Part shown: one piece after another, positions 1-9,194 of the stretch
Position numbering within the stretch: position 1 is the stretch's first letter
Layout: each line of letters opens with the position of its first letter
Source: an uncultured delta proteobacterium
GTDB taxonomy: Bacteria; Myxococcota_A; Polyangia; Polyangiales; B10-G4
NCBI GenBank assembly: GCA_963727445.1
Contig: CAVSGI010000021.1
Span: forward strand, 256,001-320,000
Length of the DNA: 64,000 nucleotides
Reading direction: 5' to 3'
Position numbers and translations under genes: made by a program
Notes under the pieces: model-generated
What the model saw: only the letters and a program-made list of their open reading frames with translations
The model's database searches: none
Told to the model about the DNA's origin: nothing

Positions 1-2
1 AG

Positions 3-380
3 CTCAAGCATCAGGAGAAGATCAAGCTGGCCCGCACCAGCCAGAGCCTCACCGAGCGCACCGCCCTCGAGCGCATTCTGGGGCGGGAAGGGTGGGAGCC
101 GCTCCTCGCGAACCGCTACCTGACCGTGCCCGAAGTGGCGCGCATCGCGCGCAAGGGCACGGTGCCGCGCCCCATCATCGAGACCATCGTGGCGAACCAG
201 ACGTGGCTTCGCGCTGGCGTGATCCGGCGGGCTCTGCTCACGAACACCAAGATGACCACGGAGATGATCACCAAGGTCCTCCGCGCGACGCCGGGGCACG
301 AGCTGAAGCTGATCCTCAAGCAGACGGCCTATCCACCCGCCGTGCGCATGGCTGCCGAGCGACTCTTCGGCCGCGGCTGA
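3..380 (+). CDS. Hypothetical helical protein, C-terminal part (runs off the left edge)
   Basis: Frame is open from position 3 (LKHQEKIKLART...LERILGREGWEPLLANRYLTVPEVARIARKG...) to TGA at 380, with GC3-rich codon usage. Confidence 0.75.
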   Translation, partial: LKHQEKIKLARTSQSLTERTALERILGREGWEPLLANRYLTVPEVARIARKGTVPRPIIETIVANQTWLRAGVIRRALLTNTKMTTEMITKVLRATPGHELKLILKQTAYPPAVRMAAERLFGRG

Positions 381-383
381 AGG

Positions 384-1712
384 TCAGGCCACGAGGCGGC
401 CCAGAGGGCCCTCCGTGTAGCCCGGGTGGCCCCAGCGATCGATCGCCACACCGCAGGCGTTGGCGAGGGTCACCAGCAGATCGTTGTGCTGGCGCCCCGT
501 GAATTCCATGAGGCGCCCGGTCTTCAAGTAGCCGCCACCGCTGCCCGCCACCAGGAAGTCCATGTTCTTGCGGGAGTGCGTGTTGCCCTTCGACAGCGCG
601 CCGCCCCAGAAGACGACGGTGTTGTCGAGCATCGTTCCGTCGCCCTCGGGGATCGCGTCGAGCTTCGCGAGGAAGTACGCGATCTGCTCGGCGTAGAAGT
701 GGTTGATCCGCTGGAGCTTGTTCTGCGCGCTCGTGTTGCTGTCGGACTCGTGGGAGAGGCTGTGGTGGCTCTCGCCGAAGCCGAGCCAGTTGAAGGTCTG
801 ACCGCTGGTCGCGCCGGCGAAGAGGACCGTGCCCACGCGCGTGAGGTCGCACGCGAAGGCCATCGACAAGAGGTCGAGCTGGAGCGCGGCGATCTCCGGG
901 TGGTTGTCGCGATTCATCGGATCGATCCGGCGCGGCAGCATCGGGTTTTCGCAGGCGGCGCCCGCGGCGGCGGCCGCGTCCATGCGGCGCTCCACGTCGC
1001 GCAGCGACTCGAGGTGGGCGTCGAGGCGATGACGCTCGGACGCGCCGAGCTTGCCCTCGAGCTCCATCAGGTCGCCGCGCACCAGATCGATCACGCTCTG
1101 CCGCTCGTCGCGCACGCGCTGAAGGCCGCTCGGGTCCGCCCCCAGGTCGGCGAAGAGGCGCCGGTAGACGTTCCACGGGTCGTTGTCGGGCGGGATCGGA
1201 TCGTCCGAGCCGCGATAGGCGAGGCGGTCGCGGTTGTTGCTGCCGCGGACGGTGACGCCGAGCTCGAGGGATCCGTAGCGCGTCTCGCTTCCCACCTCGC
1301 GCGCGATGCGCTGATCGATGGAGGGACCGGAGGCCCAGCCGCTGTAGACGTCCCCGTTGCCGCCGCTGAACTCGCCGTCGTTCAGGGGCATCCCGGTGAG
1401 CAGGCCGCCGATGCCCTTCTGGTGTCCGGCGCCGGGGCCCTCCCGGCTGCAGTCCATGTCGAGGCCGCGAACGAGCAGCAGCTTCTCGCGGAAGGGCGCG
1501 AGGGGCTCTAGGATCGGGCCGAGCGTGAAGTCCGTGCCCGAGCCGCTGGCCCAGCGGTCGTGGAGGCTCCCGTTGGGGCTGAAGAAGGCCACGAAGCGCT
1601 TGGGGAAGTCGCCGGAGGCTTTGGCTTCGAGGGTGCGGGCGAAGGGCAGGGCCAGGGTCGCGGCGCCCACGCCGAGGCCAGCGAGGAAATGACGTCGATG
1701 GAGCTTCTTCAC
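384..1712 (-). CDS. DUF1552 family protein with Tat-like N-terminus
   Basis: GTG at 1712 overlaps the upstream stop (GTGA) and follows GGAGG. Motifs HRRHFLAGLG, GPSIDQRIA, AFACDLTRVGT, HHSLSH, EGDGTMLDNT. Confidence 0.9.
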   Translation of the reverse strand: MKKLHRRHFLAGLGVGAATLALPFARTLEAKASGDFPKRFVAFFSPNGSLHDRWASGSGTDFTLGPILEPLAPFREKLLLVRGLDMDCSREGPGAGHQKGIGGLLTGMPLNDGEFSGGNGDVYSGWASGPSIDQRIAREVGSETRYGSLELGVTVRGSNNRDRLAYRGSDDPIPPDNDPWNVYRRLFADLGADPSGLQRVRDERQSVIDLVRGDLMELEGKLGASERHRLDAHLESLRDVERRMDAAAAAGAACENPMLPRRIDPMNRDNHPEIAALQLDLLSMAFACDLTRVGTVLFAGATSGQTFNWLGFGESHHSLSHESDSNTSAQNKLQRINHFYAEQIAYFLAKLDAIPEGDGTMLDNTVVFWGGALSKGNTHSRKNMDFLVAGSGGGYLKTGRLMEFTGRQHNDLLVTLANACGVAIDRWGHPGYTEGPLGRLVA

Positions 1713-3364
1713 GGGCTCACCTCCTCCGCGCGCCGGTACAGGAAGGCGTCGGTCCTCGTCAGCGCGATCAGGGCTTCGCGGATGTCCCACCCGGACCCTT
1801 CGAAGGCGGCGTAGACGTCGTCGAGCATGCACTGATCGGCCTCCGTCTCGTTGCGCCCGAAGGTGAAGCGGAACCACTGCTGGGCGACGCACCGACGCAC
1901 CATCTCGCTCTCGGCGAGGCGGTGGCCCAGCTCGAGCGCGCCCTCGAAGGGGCCGTCGGTGTCCGTCTGAATGAGCTCGCCGCGCGCGTCCACCGGCTGG
2001 CCGTTCTCCTCCTGTAGCCGGTACGCGCCGATGGCGTCGTAGTTCTCGAATCCGAAGCCGATCGGATCCATCAGCTGGTGGCAGCCGGCGCAGGCCGGGT
2101 CCTCGCGGTGCGCGATGAAGCGCTCGCGGGTGGAGAGGCTCGGATTGGGGTCCGGGGGGACGACGACCAGGTCCTCGGGAGGCGGCGGGAGGGCCTGGCA
2201 GAAGAGCTGCTCGCGGATGAAGGCGCCGCGCTCCACCGGCGAGCTCTGATTGGGCAGCGAGAGCTGCGCCATGAGCGCCGGGTGGGTGAGCAGACCCATG
2301 CGCTGGGTCGGGTCGACGGGGACGCGCGTCAGCTCGTCGCCGGTGACGCCCTCGACGCCGAACACCGGGGCCAGCCGCGCGTCGACGAACGCGTAATCGG
2401 CGGTGAGCAGCTCGTCGAGGCTGCCATTCTGCTCCCACATCACGTGGTCGATGAAGGCGAGGACGCTCGCCTCCATGGAGTCGCGCATCCCGTCGTCGAA
2501 CTGGGGATAGATCTCCGGATCCTTGCTGACGCCCTGGATCTTCAGGTGCAGCCACTGCTCCATGAAGCGCTGCACGGCGCCGCGGGCGCGCGGATCGTCG
2601 AGCATGCGCCGCGCCTGGTCGGCGACGGCGTCGGGCGTGTCGAGACCACCGGAGGCGGCGAGGTCGAAGAGCGCCGCGTCGGGCATGGTGCTCCAAAGCA
2701 GATAGCTGAGCTTGCTCGCGCGCTCGTAGCCATCGAGGGCGACCACGCTTCCGTCGCCGGCGTCGAGCGCCGAGCCGGCCTCGACGCGGTAGAGGAAGGC
2801 AGGCGATTGCAGCATGGCGCTGATGACGAGACGGATGCCGTTGTCGAAGCCCTCGGTCTTGCCGAAGGTGTAGACGGAGAAGAGTCGGTCGCGCTGGCCG
2901 TCGGTGAGGGGGCGGCGGTAGGCGCGCATCCCGAGGGTGTCGATGAGCTCGGCCGCGCAGGCGTCCTCGCCCATGGTCGCCGGGTCGCATGGAAGGAGAC
3001 TGTCGAGGCGCTCGCTCACCGCGCGCAGCGCGAGCTCCTCGGCGGCGTTCATGTAGAGCTCGTACTGCAGCGGCGACACGGTGGCGCCGAGCTCGAAGCC
3101 GCCACCGTCCTCGTCGGCGGGGAAGGCCCGCGCGGGCTGACTGTCGTCGCCGAGGAGATCGCGGATGGTGTTGTCGTACTCGTCCCGGGTCAGCCGGCGG
3201 AGCGGCGTGATGGGACCGGGATCGAGATCGGGTCCGCACGCGCTCGGGCCGTCTGGGCGGCGATCCACGGCGCTTCCGCCGCCCGAGGCCGAGGGGTCGT
3301 CGATGAGGCCGGTGCAGCCCAGGGCGAGGGCGAGGGGGGCGATGAGCCAGCGATGGGGAGCCAC
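1709..3364 (-). CDS. DUF1592/DUF1588/DUF1585/DUF1587/DUF1595 domain lipoprotein
   Basis: Lipobox LALGC; LRRLTRDEYDNTIRDLLG, LQSPAFLYR, ASKLSYLLWSTMPD, SSPVERG, heme-binding CAGCH, GFGFENYDAIG. Standard partner of DUF1552. Confidence 0.9.
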   Translation of the reverse strand: MAPHRWLIAPLALALGCTGLIDDPSASGGGSAVDRRPDGPSACGPDLDPGPITPLRRLTRDEYDNTIRDLLGDDSQPARAFPADEDGGGFELGATVSPLQYELYMNAAEELALRAVSERLDSLLPCDPATMGEDACAAELIDTLGMRAYRRPLTDGQRDRLFSVYTFGKTEGFDNGIRLVISAMLQSPAFLYRVEAGSALDAGDGSVVALDGYERASKLSYLLWSTMPDAALFDLAASGGLDTPDAVADQARRMLDDPRARGAVQRFMEQWLHLKIQGVSKDPEIYPQFDDGMRDSMEASVLAFIDHVMWEQNGSLDELLTADYAFVDARLAPVFGVEGVTGDELTRVPVDPTQRMGLLTHPALMAQLSLPNQSSPVERGAFIREQLFCQALPPPPEDLVVVPPDPNPSLSTRERFIAHREDPACAGCHQLMDPIGFGFENYDAIGAYRLQEENGQPVDARGELIQTDTDGPFEGALELGHRLAESEMVRRCVAQQWFRFTFGRNETEADQCMLDDVYAAFEGSGWDIREALIALTRTDAFLYRRAEEVSP

Positions 3365-3480
3365 GCGGTCGTCTGATGCAAAGGGCGTGCGACCCCGAGA
3401 TGCGCAGTTGCGCGCACAATTCGGCGTGTTTCGCTGCTTGTTAAGCTGTCTGTAGGGAGCAGTGGCTGCGCCGGAGCGTC

Positions 3481-4785
3481 TCAGGCGCCGGGGCGCGAGA
3501 CGCCGATCCTGGCCAGATGGGAAGGGCTCGCGTGCTCGAGCTCGGCATGGGTGGGGTGGATGCCGTGGATCTCGTCGCCGTAGGCGGATACGCCGCACTC
3601 CGCGACGTCGAGCCCCTCGTGCTCGTGCTCGGCCGAGACGCGAACGCCGCCGGGGAGGCGAGAGAGCGCGATCCAGACCGCGCCGCCGGCGATGAAGGCG
3701 AAGAGCGCGCCGGCGAGGGCGCCGGTCGTCTGGACGCCGAGGAGCGACACGCCGCCGCCGTGGAAGAGGCCGCCCTCGGCGGCGAAGAGGCCGACGGCGA
3801 TGGTGCCGAAGATGCCGCAGATGCCGTGGACGGGGATCGCGCCGACCGGGTCGTCGATCTTCAGGCGGTCGAGGAGGAAGACGCCCTCGACGACCAGGAT
3901 GCCGGCGATGGTGCCGACGATCATCGCTTCGAAGGGGCCGATGACGTGACAGCCGGCGGTGATCGCCACCAGGCCCGCGAGCACGCCGTTCAGGCCCATG
4001 GAGAGGTCCAGCATGCCGGTGCGCATGCGGGTGTGGATCAGACCCGAGAGGAAGCCGGCGGCGCCGGAGAGGTTGGTGACGAGGATGATGGAGGCGATCG
4101 CTTCGGGGTGGGCGGCGAGCTCGCTTCCGCCGTTGAAGCCGAACCAGCCGAGCCACAGGATCAGGACGCCGAGGGCGGCGAGGGGGAAGTTGTGCGCGGG
4201 CAGGGGACGGGGCGAGCCGTCCCTGGCGAACTTGCCGATGCGCGGGCCGATGATCAGCGCGCCGGCGAGGGCCATGCCGCCGCCGACCGCGTGCACCACG
4301 GTGGAGCCCGCGAAGTCGATGAAGCCGAGCTCGGCGAGGAAGCCGCCGCCCCAGACCCAGTGGCCGACGATGGGGTAGATGACGGCGCTGGCGACGGCTG
4401 TGAACGCGAAGAAGGTGCCGAGGCGCGCGCGCTCGGCGACGGCGCCGCTGACGATGGTGGCCGAGGTCGCGGCGAAGACGAGCTGGAAGAAGAGGAAGAC
4501 GTAGAGCGGGAGGTTGTCCGGGGCGCCGGCGACGGCGGTGGTGGCGGCGGGCGCGAAGCCGGCGAGGCCCACGAAGGCGTTGCCTTCGCCGAACATCAGG
4601 CCGAAGCCGATGACGAAGAAGAGGACGGAGGAGAGGGCGACGACGCCCACGTTCTTGAGGAGCACCATCACCGCGTTCTTCTTGCGGCAGAAGCCGCTCT
4701 CCACGAGGGCGAAGCCGGAGTGCATGAAGAAGACGAGGAAGGCGCTGAGCAGCACCCAGATGCTGTCCAAGATGGTCGAGTCCAC
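3481..4785 (-). CDS. amt: Ammonium transporter (Amt family)
   Basis: FFQLVFAATSATIVSGAVAER, DFAGSTVVH, GWFGFNGGS, DDPVGAIPVHG; about 11 TM helices. Confidence 0.95.
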   Translation of the reverse strand: MDSTILDSIWVLLSAFLVFFMHSGFALVESGFCRKKNAVMVLLKNVGVVALSSVLFFVIGFGLMFGEGNAFVGLAGFAPAATTAVAGAPDNLPLYVFLFFQLVFAATSATIVSGAVAERARLGTFFAFTAVASAVIYPIVGHWVWGGGFLAELGFIDFAGSTVVHAVGGGMALAGALIIGPRIGKFARDGSPRPLPAHNFPLAALGVLILWLGWFGFNGGSELAAHPEAIASIILVTNLSGAAGFLSGLIHTRMRTGMLDLSMGLNGVLAGLVAITAGCHVIGPFEAMIVGTIAGILVVEGVFLLDRLKIDDPVGAIPVHGICGIFGTIAVGLFAAEGGLFHGGGVSLLGVQTTGALAGALFAFIAGGAVWIALSRLPGGVRVSAEHEHEGLDVAECGVSAYGDEIHGIHPTHAELEHASPSHLARIGVSRPGA

Positions 4786-4851
4786 GCGGAAACGTTGGCG
4801 CTTTTGGGTTTCCGGCGTGTTTCGAGCGGATTAATTCGGGGTGGCGAGCGC

Positions 4852-5460
4852 TCAGTCGCGCGCCAGGCCTTCGAGCGCCGCCGCCCACTGTTCGAGGTCG
4901 GTCAGCGTGGACGTCAGCAGCCCATCCCCCTGGCCGAGGCGCTGCACCTCCTCGCGGAGCTTGTCGAGCGCGCGCCGGATGCGGCTTCGGACCGTTCCCT
5001 CCGGCACTGCGAGGATGGCTGCCATCTCGGGGCCGCTGAGCCCTTCCCAGAAGTGGAGCTCGACGGCGATCTGCAGATCGAGGGGGATGTGACGCAGCGC
5101 CTCCAACAGGAGTCGTGACTCGCGCCCGGCGGCGACGCGCGCGCTCGGAGTCGGCTCGAGATCGTGGAGCGAGCGCACCTCGAAGGAGAGCTGGCGGTCG
5201 CGGCGGGCCTCGCGGTAGTGCGCGTAGAGGACGTTGCGCGCGATGCCGTAGAGATAGGCGCGGGGGCTCACCTCACCGGCGAAGCGGTCGCGGCCTTCGG
5301 TGAGACCGACGAAGGTCTTCTGGACCAGATCGCTGACGTCGCCGCTCACCTTCCGCGCGAAGAACGAATAGATCGCGTCGAAATGACGCTCGAAGAGCGC
5401 GTCGCCCGCGGCGCCGTCGCCCCCTCGCCAGCGCGCGAGGAGCGTGTGATCGTCCTCCAC
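4852..5460 (-). CDS. ECF-type RNA polymerase sigma-70 factor
   Basis: Region 2 LFERHFDAIYSFF...DLVQKTF...YLYGIARN; region 4 GLSGPEMAAILAVPEGTVRSRIRRA. GTG start at 5460 is inferred. Confidence 0.9.
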   Translation of the reverse strand: MEDDHTLLARWRGGDGAAGDALFERHFDAIYSFFARKVSGDVSDLVQKTFVGLTEGRDRFAGEVSPRAYLYGIARNVLYAHYREARRDRQLSFEVRSLHDLEPTPSARVAAGRESRLLLEALRHIPLDLQIAVELHFWEGLSGPEMAAILAVPEGTVRSRIRRALDKLREEVQRLGQGDGLLTSTLTDLEQWAAALEGLARD

Positions 5461-5503
5461 GGCGGAGCAGGCTATCAGGCATCGACGGCGACGGGCCCGT
5501 ATA

Positions 5504-7132
5504 GTGGCGAAGATGTTCGCCGCCCGCCCGGACTTCCAGGAAGACGCGCTCGAGAAGCGTCGCGTCAAGGAGGCGGTGCGCGCGCGGATGTTCGGTGCCC
5601 AGACCGCGCCGCTCGTCATCGGGCCCTACGAGATCCGTCGGCGCATCGGCGCGGGTGCGATGGGCGTCGTCTACGAGGCCTGGGACCCGCGGCTCCGGCG
5701 CCTGGTCGCGCTCAAGATGCTCCTGGCCGAGTCCGACGACGATACGCGCACCACACGACTCATCCGCGAAGCGCAGGCGCTGGCGCAGCTCCGCCACCCC
5801 AACGTCGTGGGTGTCCACGACGTCGGCACCCACGACGGCCGCATCTACGTCGTCATGGAGATGGTGCAGGGGGTGACGCTCGAGGAATGGGCACGGACGA
5901 CCCGCCCCGACGTGAAAGGTGTGCTGGCGATGCTCGTCGCCATCGGCCAGGGCCTCGCGGCGGCCCACGAGCGCGGCCTCGTGCATCGCGACATCAAACC
6001 GGACAACGTGCTCGTCGATCGCGAGGGGACACCGCGGGTCGTGGATTTCGGGCTGGCGCGCGTGGCACAGACGGATCTGCTCAGCTCCCTCGCGCAGCAG
6101 ATCCCCGGCGCGGCGCTCGACATGCGCCTCACCCAGACCGGCACCGCACTGGGAACGCCCGTCTACATGTCGCCGGAGCAACTCCGCGGCGCGCCGGTGG
6201 ATGCGCGAAGCGACCAATACGCGTTTGGCGTGATGGCGTACCACCTCTTGTACGGGAGCTTCCCGTATCGGGCGGACTCGATCGGCCACCTGATCGCGGC
6301 CGTGACGAGCGAAGACCTACAGGTCCCCTCGCCGCGTGGCGAAGCGGCCCAGGTGCGTGAGGCGATCCTCCGCACGCTGTCGAAGGAGCCGGAGAAGCGC
6401 TTCGCCTCCATGCGGGACCTCCTCGCCGTGCTCGCGCGCGTGCCCGAGCCGCGGGCGCCTGCCCCGAGCCCGGCGCGCGGTGAAGGACGGGCTCTGCTGA
6501 TCGGGCTCGTCGCCCTCGCTGCGCTCGTCCTCGTCGGAGGCGTCGGCGTCACCGTCGGCTTTCTCGTCGCGCGGGACGGCGGCGCGCCGGGCGGCCCGCA
6601 GGCGACGACCGCGGCGATCCCCGTGCCCGCGTTCGATCTCGACGCGGCGATGATGCCTTCCGCGACGCCCGCGTCAACGACGGAGCGCGACGCGGGCGCC
6701 GGCGCCATCGACGCGACGCCCGAGGCCACGGCGCCGACGCCGACGCCGCGCGCGCCCGAACGCCCCTCGGCCACGCCGGAGCGGCGCCGAGCCCCTCGCC
6801 GCGAGATCCGCATCGGCAGCAGCGAGAATCTCTGGCGCAACAGCGACCCCGCGCGATCCGCGGTGCGGGGGCTCGCGGGGCCGGTCTCCAACTGCTTCGA
6901 TCCCGACTGGGACTATCCGCGCAGGGGCCCGACTCAGCTCGGCGTGTACGTGACGATCGAGCCGGACGGCAGCGTAGAGGACATCGAGGTCGAGGACATG
7001 GACTACGTCCCCGAGCCGTACCGTCGCTGCATCGGTCGGGTCTTCCGACAGCGCCTCGGGCCCCTGCCTCCCACCGCCCGCGGCTGGGGCGGGCGCTTCT
7101 GGTACGTGATCCCCTTTCGGCCGGCGGACTGA
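5504..7132 (+). CDS. Membrane-anchored Hanks-type Ser/Thr protein kinase with C-terminal TonB-C/AgmX-like domain
   Basis: GAGAMGVVY, VALK, HRDIKPDN, DFG, GTPVYMSPE, then one TM helix and a C-terminal NCF...VTIEPDGSV...RCI...IPF pattern. Confidence 0.92.
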   Translation: MAKMFAARPDFQEDALEKRRVKEAVRARMFGAQTAPLVIGPYEIRRRIGAGAMGVVYEAWDPRLRRLVALKMLLAESDDDTRTTRLIREAQALAQLRHPNVVGVHDVGTHDGRIYVVMEMVQGVTLEEWARTTRPDVKGVLAMLVAIGQGLAAAHERGLVHRDIKPDNVLVDREGTPRVVDFGLARVAQTDLLSSLAQQIPGAALDMRLTQTGTALGTPVYMSPEQLRGAPVDARSDQYAFGVMAYHLLYGSFPYRADSIGHLIAAVTSEDLQVPSPRGEAAQVREAILRTLSKEPEKRFASMRDLLAVLARVPEPRAPAPSPARGEGRALLIGLVALAALVLVGGVGVTVGFLVARDGGAPGGPQATTAAIPVPAFDLDAAMMPSATPASTTERDAGAGAIDATPEATAPTPTPRAPERPSATPERRRAPRREIRIGSSENLWRNSDPARSAVRGLAGPVSNCFDPDWDYPRRGPTQLGVYVTIEPDGSVEDIEVEDMDYVPEPYRRCIGRVFRQRLGPLPPTARGWGGRFWYVIPFRPAD

Positions 7133-7139
7133 ACGACGA

Positions 7140-7170
7140 CGCCCCCACCGCCGAATCGGCGATGGGGGCG
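7140..7170. terminator. GC-rich hairpin between convergent genes
   Basis: CGCCCCCACCGCCG-AAT-CGGCGATGGGGGCG; no clear U-tract. Confidence 0.45.
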
Positions 7171-7191
7171 CGCCCGCGAGCGGCCGGTGCT

Positions 7192-8142
7192 TCAGCGACG
7201 CGCGAAGGAGAGGTTCACGTCGATCGCGTCCGGGCCGCTCTCGGCCAGAACGCGAAGGCGGAGCCGCCCCTCGGCGTAGCCGGCCGGCGCGAGCGACATC
7301 TGCTGGTAGAGGCGGTCGCCGCGGACGACGAGCGTGAGGCGTCCGTCGGCGTCGGTGCGGAGCGTCCGCATCGGGTTCACGATCTCGCGAGCGAAGAAGT
7401 CGTGCCAGAAGCCCGAGGTCGAGATGCGATCCCCGGTCGGTCCGACCACGACGCCGGGATCGACGGGGGAGATGGTCCAGCCCTCGATGTAGAACGACGT
7501 GTTGGCGAGCGCCGGGTCCGTGTTCACCTGGATGACGAGGACGTCGGAGGTGGGACCGTAGGGATCGCTCGAGACGAGACCACCCGGGGCGACCCAGATC
7601 GGGATCTCGGGTGGGTTTTCCGATCGCGTCGAGCCGCCGAAGTAGGGGACGAGGTTCGCTCCGCCGACCTGGATCATTCGGCCGCCGGCGGGGCCGGCGT
7701 ACGCGGCATAGAAGACGGAGAAGTGATCGGCCCAACCGGAGATCGTTCGGTTGGCCTCGTCGACCTGCACGTCGTCGAGCTCCTCGATGGTCCCGCCGCT
7801 CTCGTGAAAGAGATGGAGCTCTTCGAAGCGGGTCCCAGCGGGCACGTGGAGCTGGATCCAGACCGGCTCTTCGAAGTGCGTCCCATCGGGGCCGAAGTCC
7901 CAGGCCCAGCCGGCGATCTCACGACCCTCGAGCTCCTCGTACGCATCGAGGCGGGTGATGGTGATGGTGGTATCCGTGAGAACGGCGCCCGGAGGCACCA
8001 TGATGTGGGCGGTGTCGTCGGGTGTGCAGATGTAGGCACCCTCGGAGACGGTGGCGATCTGACCGACGCTCACCCCTCCCATGTCGAAGGGAAAACACCC
8101 GGAAAGCAGGACCAAAAGGACGACCAGCGAGCTCTTCTTCAA
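7192..8142 (-). CDS. Lipoprotein with ZU5-like N-terminal domain
   Basis: GAGGAGG RBS before TTG; lipobox LLSGC; VPPGA...ITIT...FGPDGTHFEEPV...HFS pattern. Confidence 0.7.
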   Translation of the reverse strand: MKKSSLVVLLVLLSGCFPFDMGGVSVGQIATVSEGAYICTPDDTAHIMVPPGAVLTDTTITITRLDAYEELEGREIAGWAWDFGPDGTHFEEPVWIQLHVPAGTRFEELHLFHESGGTIEELDDVQVDEANRTISGWADHFSVFYAAYAGPAGGRMIQVGGANLVPYFGGSTRSENPPEIPIWVAPGGLVSSDPYGPTSDVLVIQVNTDPALANTSFYIEGWTISPVDPGVVVGPTGDRISTSGFWHDFFAREIVNPMRTLRTDADGRLTLVVRGDRLYQQMSLAPAGYAEGRLRLRVLAESGPDAIDVNLSFARR

Positions 8143-8300
8143 ATTCTTCCTCCTCGTGCGGCGACATGCCGTTCGAGGGGGAAGTGCGCGGCGAGCCCAG
8201 ATCGATCACTCGAGGCGCCATTTTTTTTCCGGGGGACCCGCGTGCGACTCGCCGGAGGTCGTGCGCAAAGCCCGGTCGAGGGTGTCGCGCCAGCTATTGG

Positions 8301-9188
8301 CTACGCCGCGTCGGCGCGGAGGGCGAGGGAGCGGACGCGCTGGGGCGAAGGCAGCTCGACCTTTGCCAGCGCATGGCAGAGCGCCTCGGGTCCGCTGAAC
8401 CCGACGGCATCCGCCACCCGCTCCGTGGTCGCGTGCGCCGAAGTCATCAGAATGCACGCGGAGGCGAGACGCCAGTAGCGGAGCGCGGACCGCCAGTCGC
8501 GTGCGCCGACGCCCTGCAGGCCGAAGTGCGCGTGGTACGCATCGACCTGGCGCGCGATGGTGCGGCGGGAGCAGCCGAGCTCGCTCACCAAATCGACGGT
8601 CATCGGACTCGAGTCGAGTCGCGACAGGACGCGATCCATCGCGCGAGCGATGGGTGCGAAACCAGCGCCCTCTTCGTCGACGGTGTCCAGGTCGGTCAGC
8701 GAATCGAGGGCCACGCCCTCCGCTCGCACGAGCCGGACGAGCTCGGCAGCCGCGGACGCCGAGCAGCTCGCGTCGCCGCCTCGAACCGCGCGCGCGACCC
8801 CGTCGAAAGCCTCTGGCCGCGAGGAGGTGCCGACCTCCGCCGATACACAGGGTGCGGTCAGCAGCTTGGTCTCCACATCGAAGGTCAAAAGGCGGGCGTT
8901 CGGCTCGATGCGCCAGACGAACGAGTCCAACTGCGGCTGAAGGAGCATCGAAGCGCGCCTCAGCTCCCAGGCCCCTGCACCCGATCGCACCTGCGCCCGG
9001 CCAGAGAGGACGACGGTGAGCCTCGCTCGACCCTGCTTCAGGCCGCGGCCAATCCGTGGGACGAAGAGCCCCTCATCGAGAGTCGCTCCGTCCACTTCCG
9101 TGACGCGGACGCAGAAGGCGGGATGCAGCAGTCGCGACACGCTCGCGCGCGCGTCGTCGAGTCCGATGCTGCGGTAGGACGAGAGCAC
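8301..9188 (-). CDS. AraC family transcriptional regulator
   Basis: C-terminal LGCSRRTIAR...RLASACILM...TERVADAVGFSGPEALCHAL double HTH; exact start uncertain. Confidence 0.8.
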   Translation of the reverse strand: MLSSYRSIGLDDARASVSRLLHPAFCVRVTEVDGATLDEGLFVPRIGRGLKQGRARLTVVLSGRAQVRSGAGAWELRRASMLLQPQLDSFVWRIEPNARLLTFDVETKLLTAPCVSAEVGTSSRPEAFDGVARAVRGGDASCSASAAAELVRLVRAEGVALDSLTDLDTVDEEGAGFAPIARAMDRVLSRLDSSPMTVDLVSELGCSRRTIARQVDAYHAHFGLQGVGARDWRSALRYWRLASACILMTSAHATTERVADAVGFSGPEALCHALAKVELPSPQRVRSLALRADAA

Positions 9189-9194
9189 GATGTT

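Noticed and set aside
384..4888. 1011-aa and 1059-aa ORFs in the track
   Set aside because: These are Arg/Pro-rich N-terminal extensions caused by high GC; the likely starts are 1712 and 3364.
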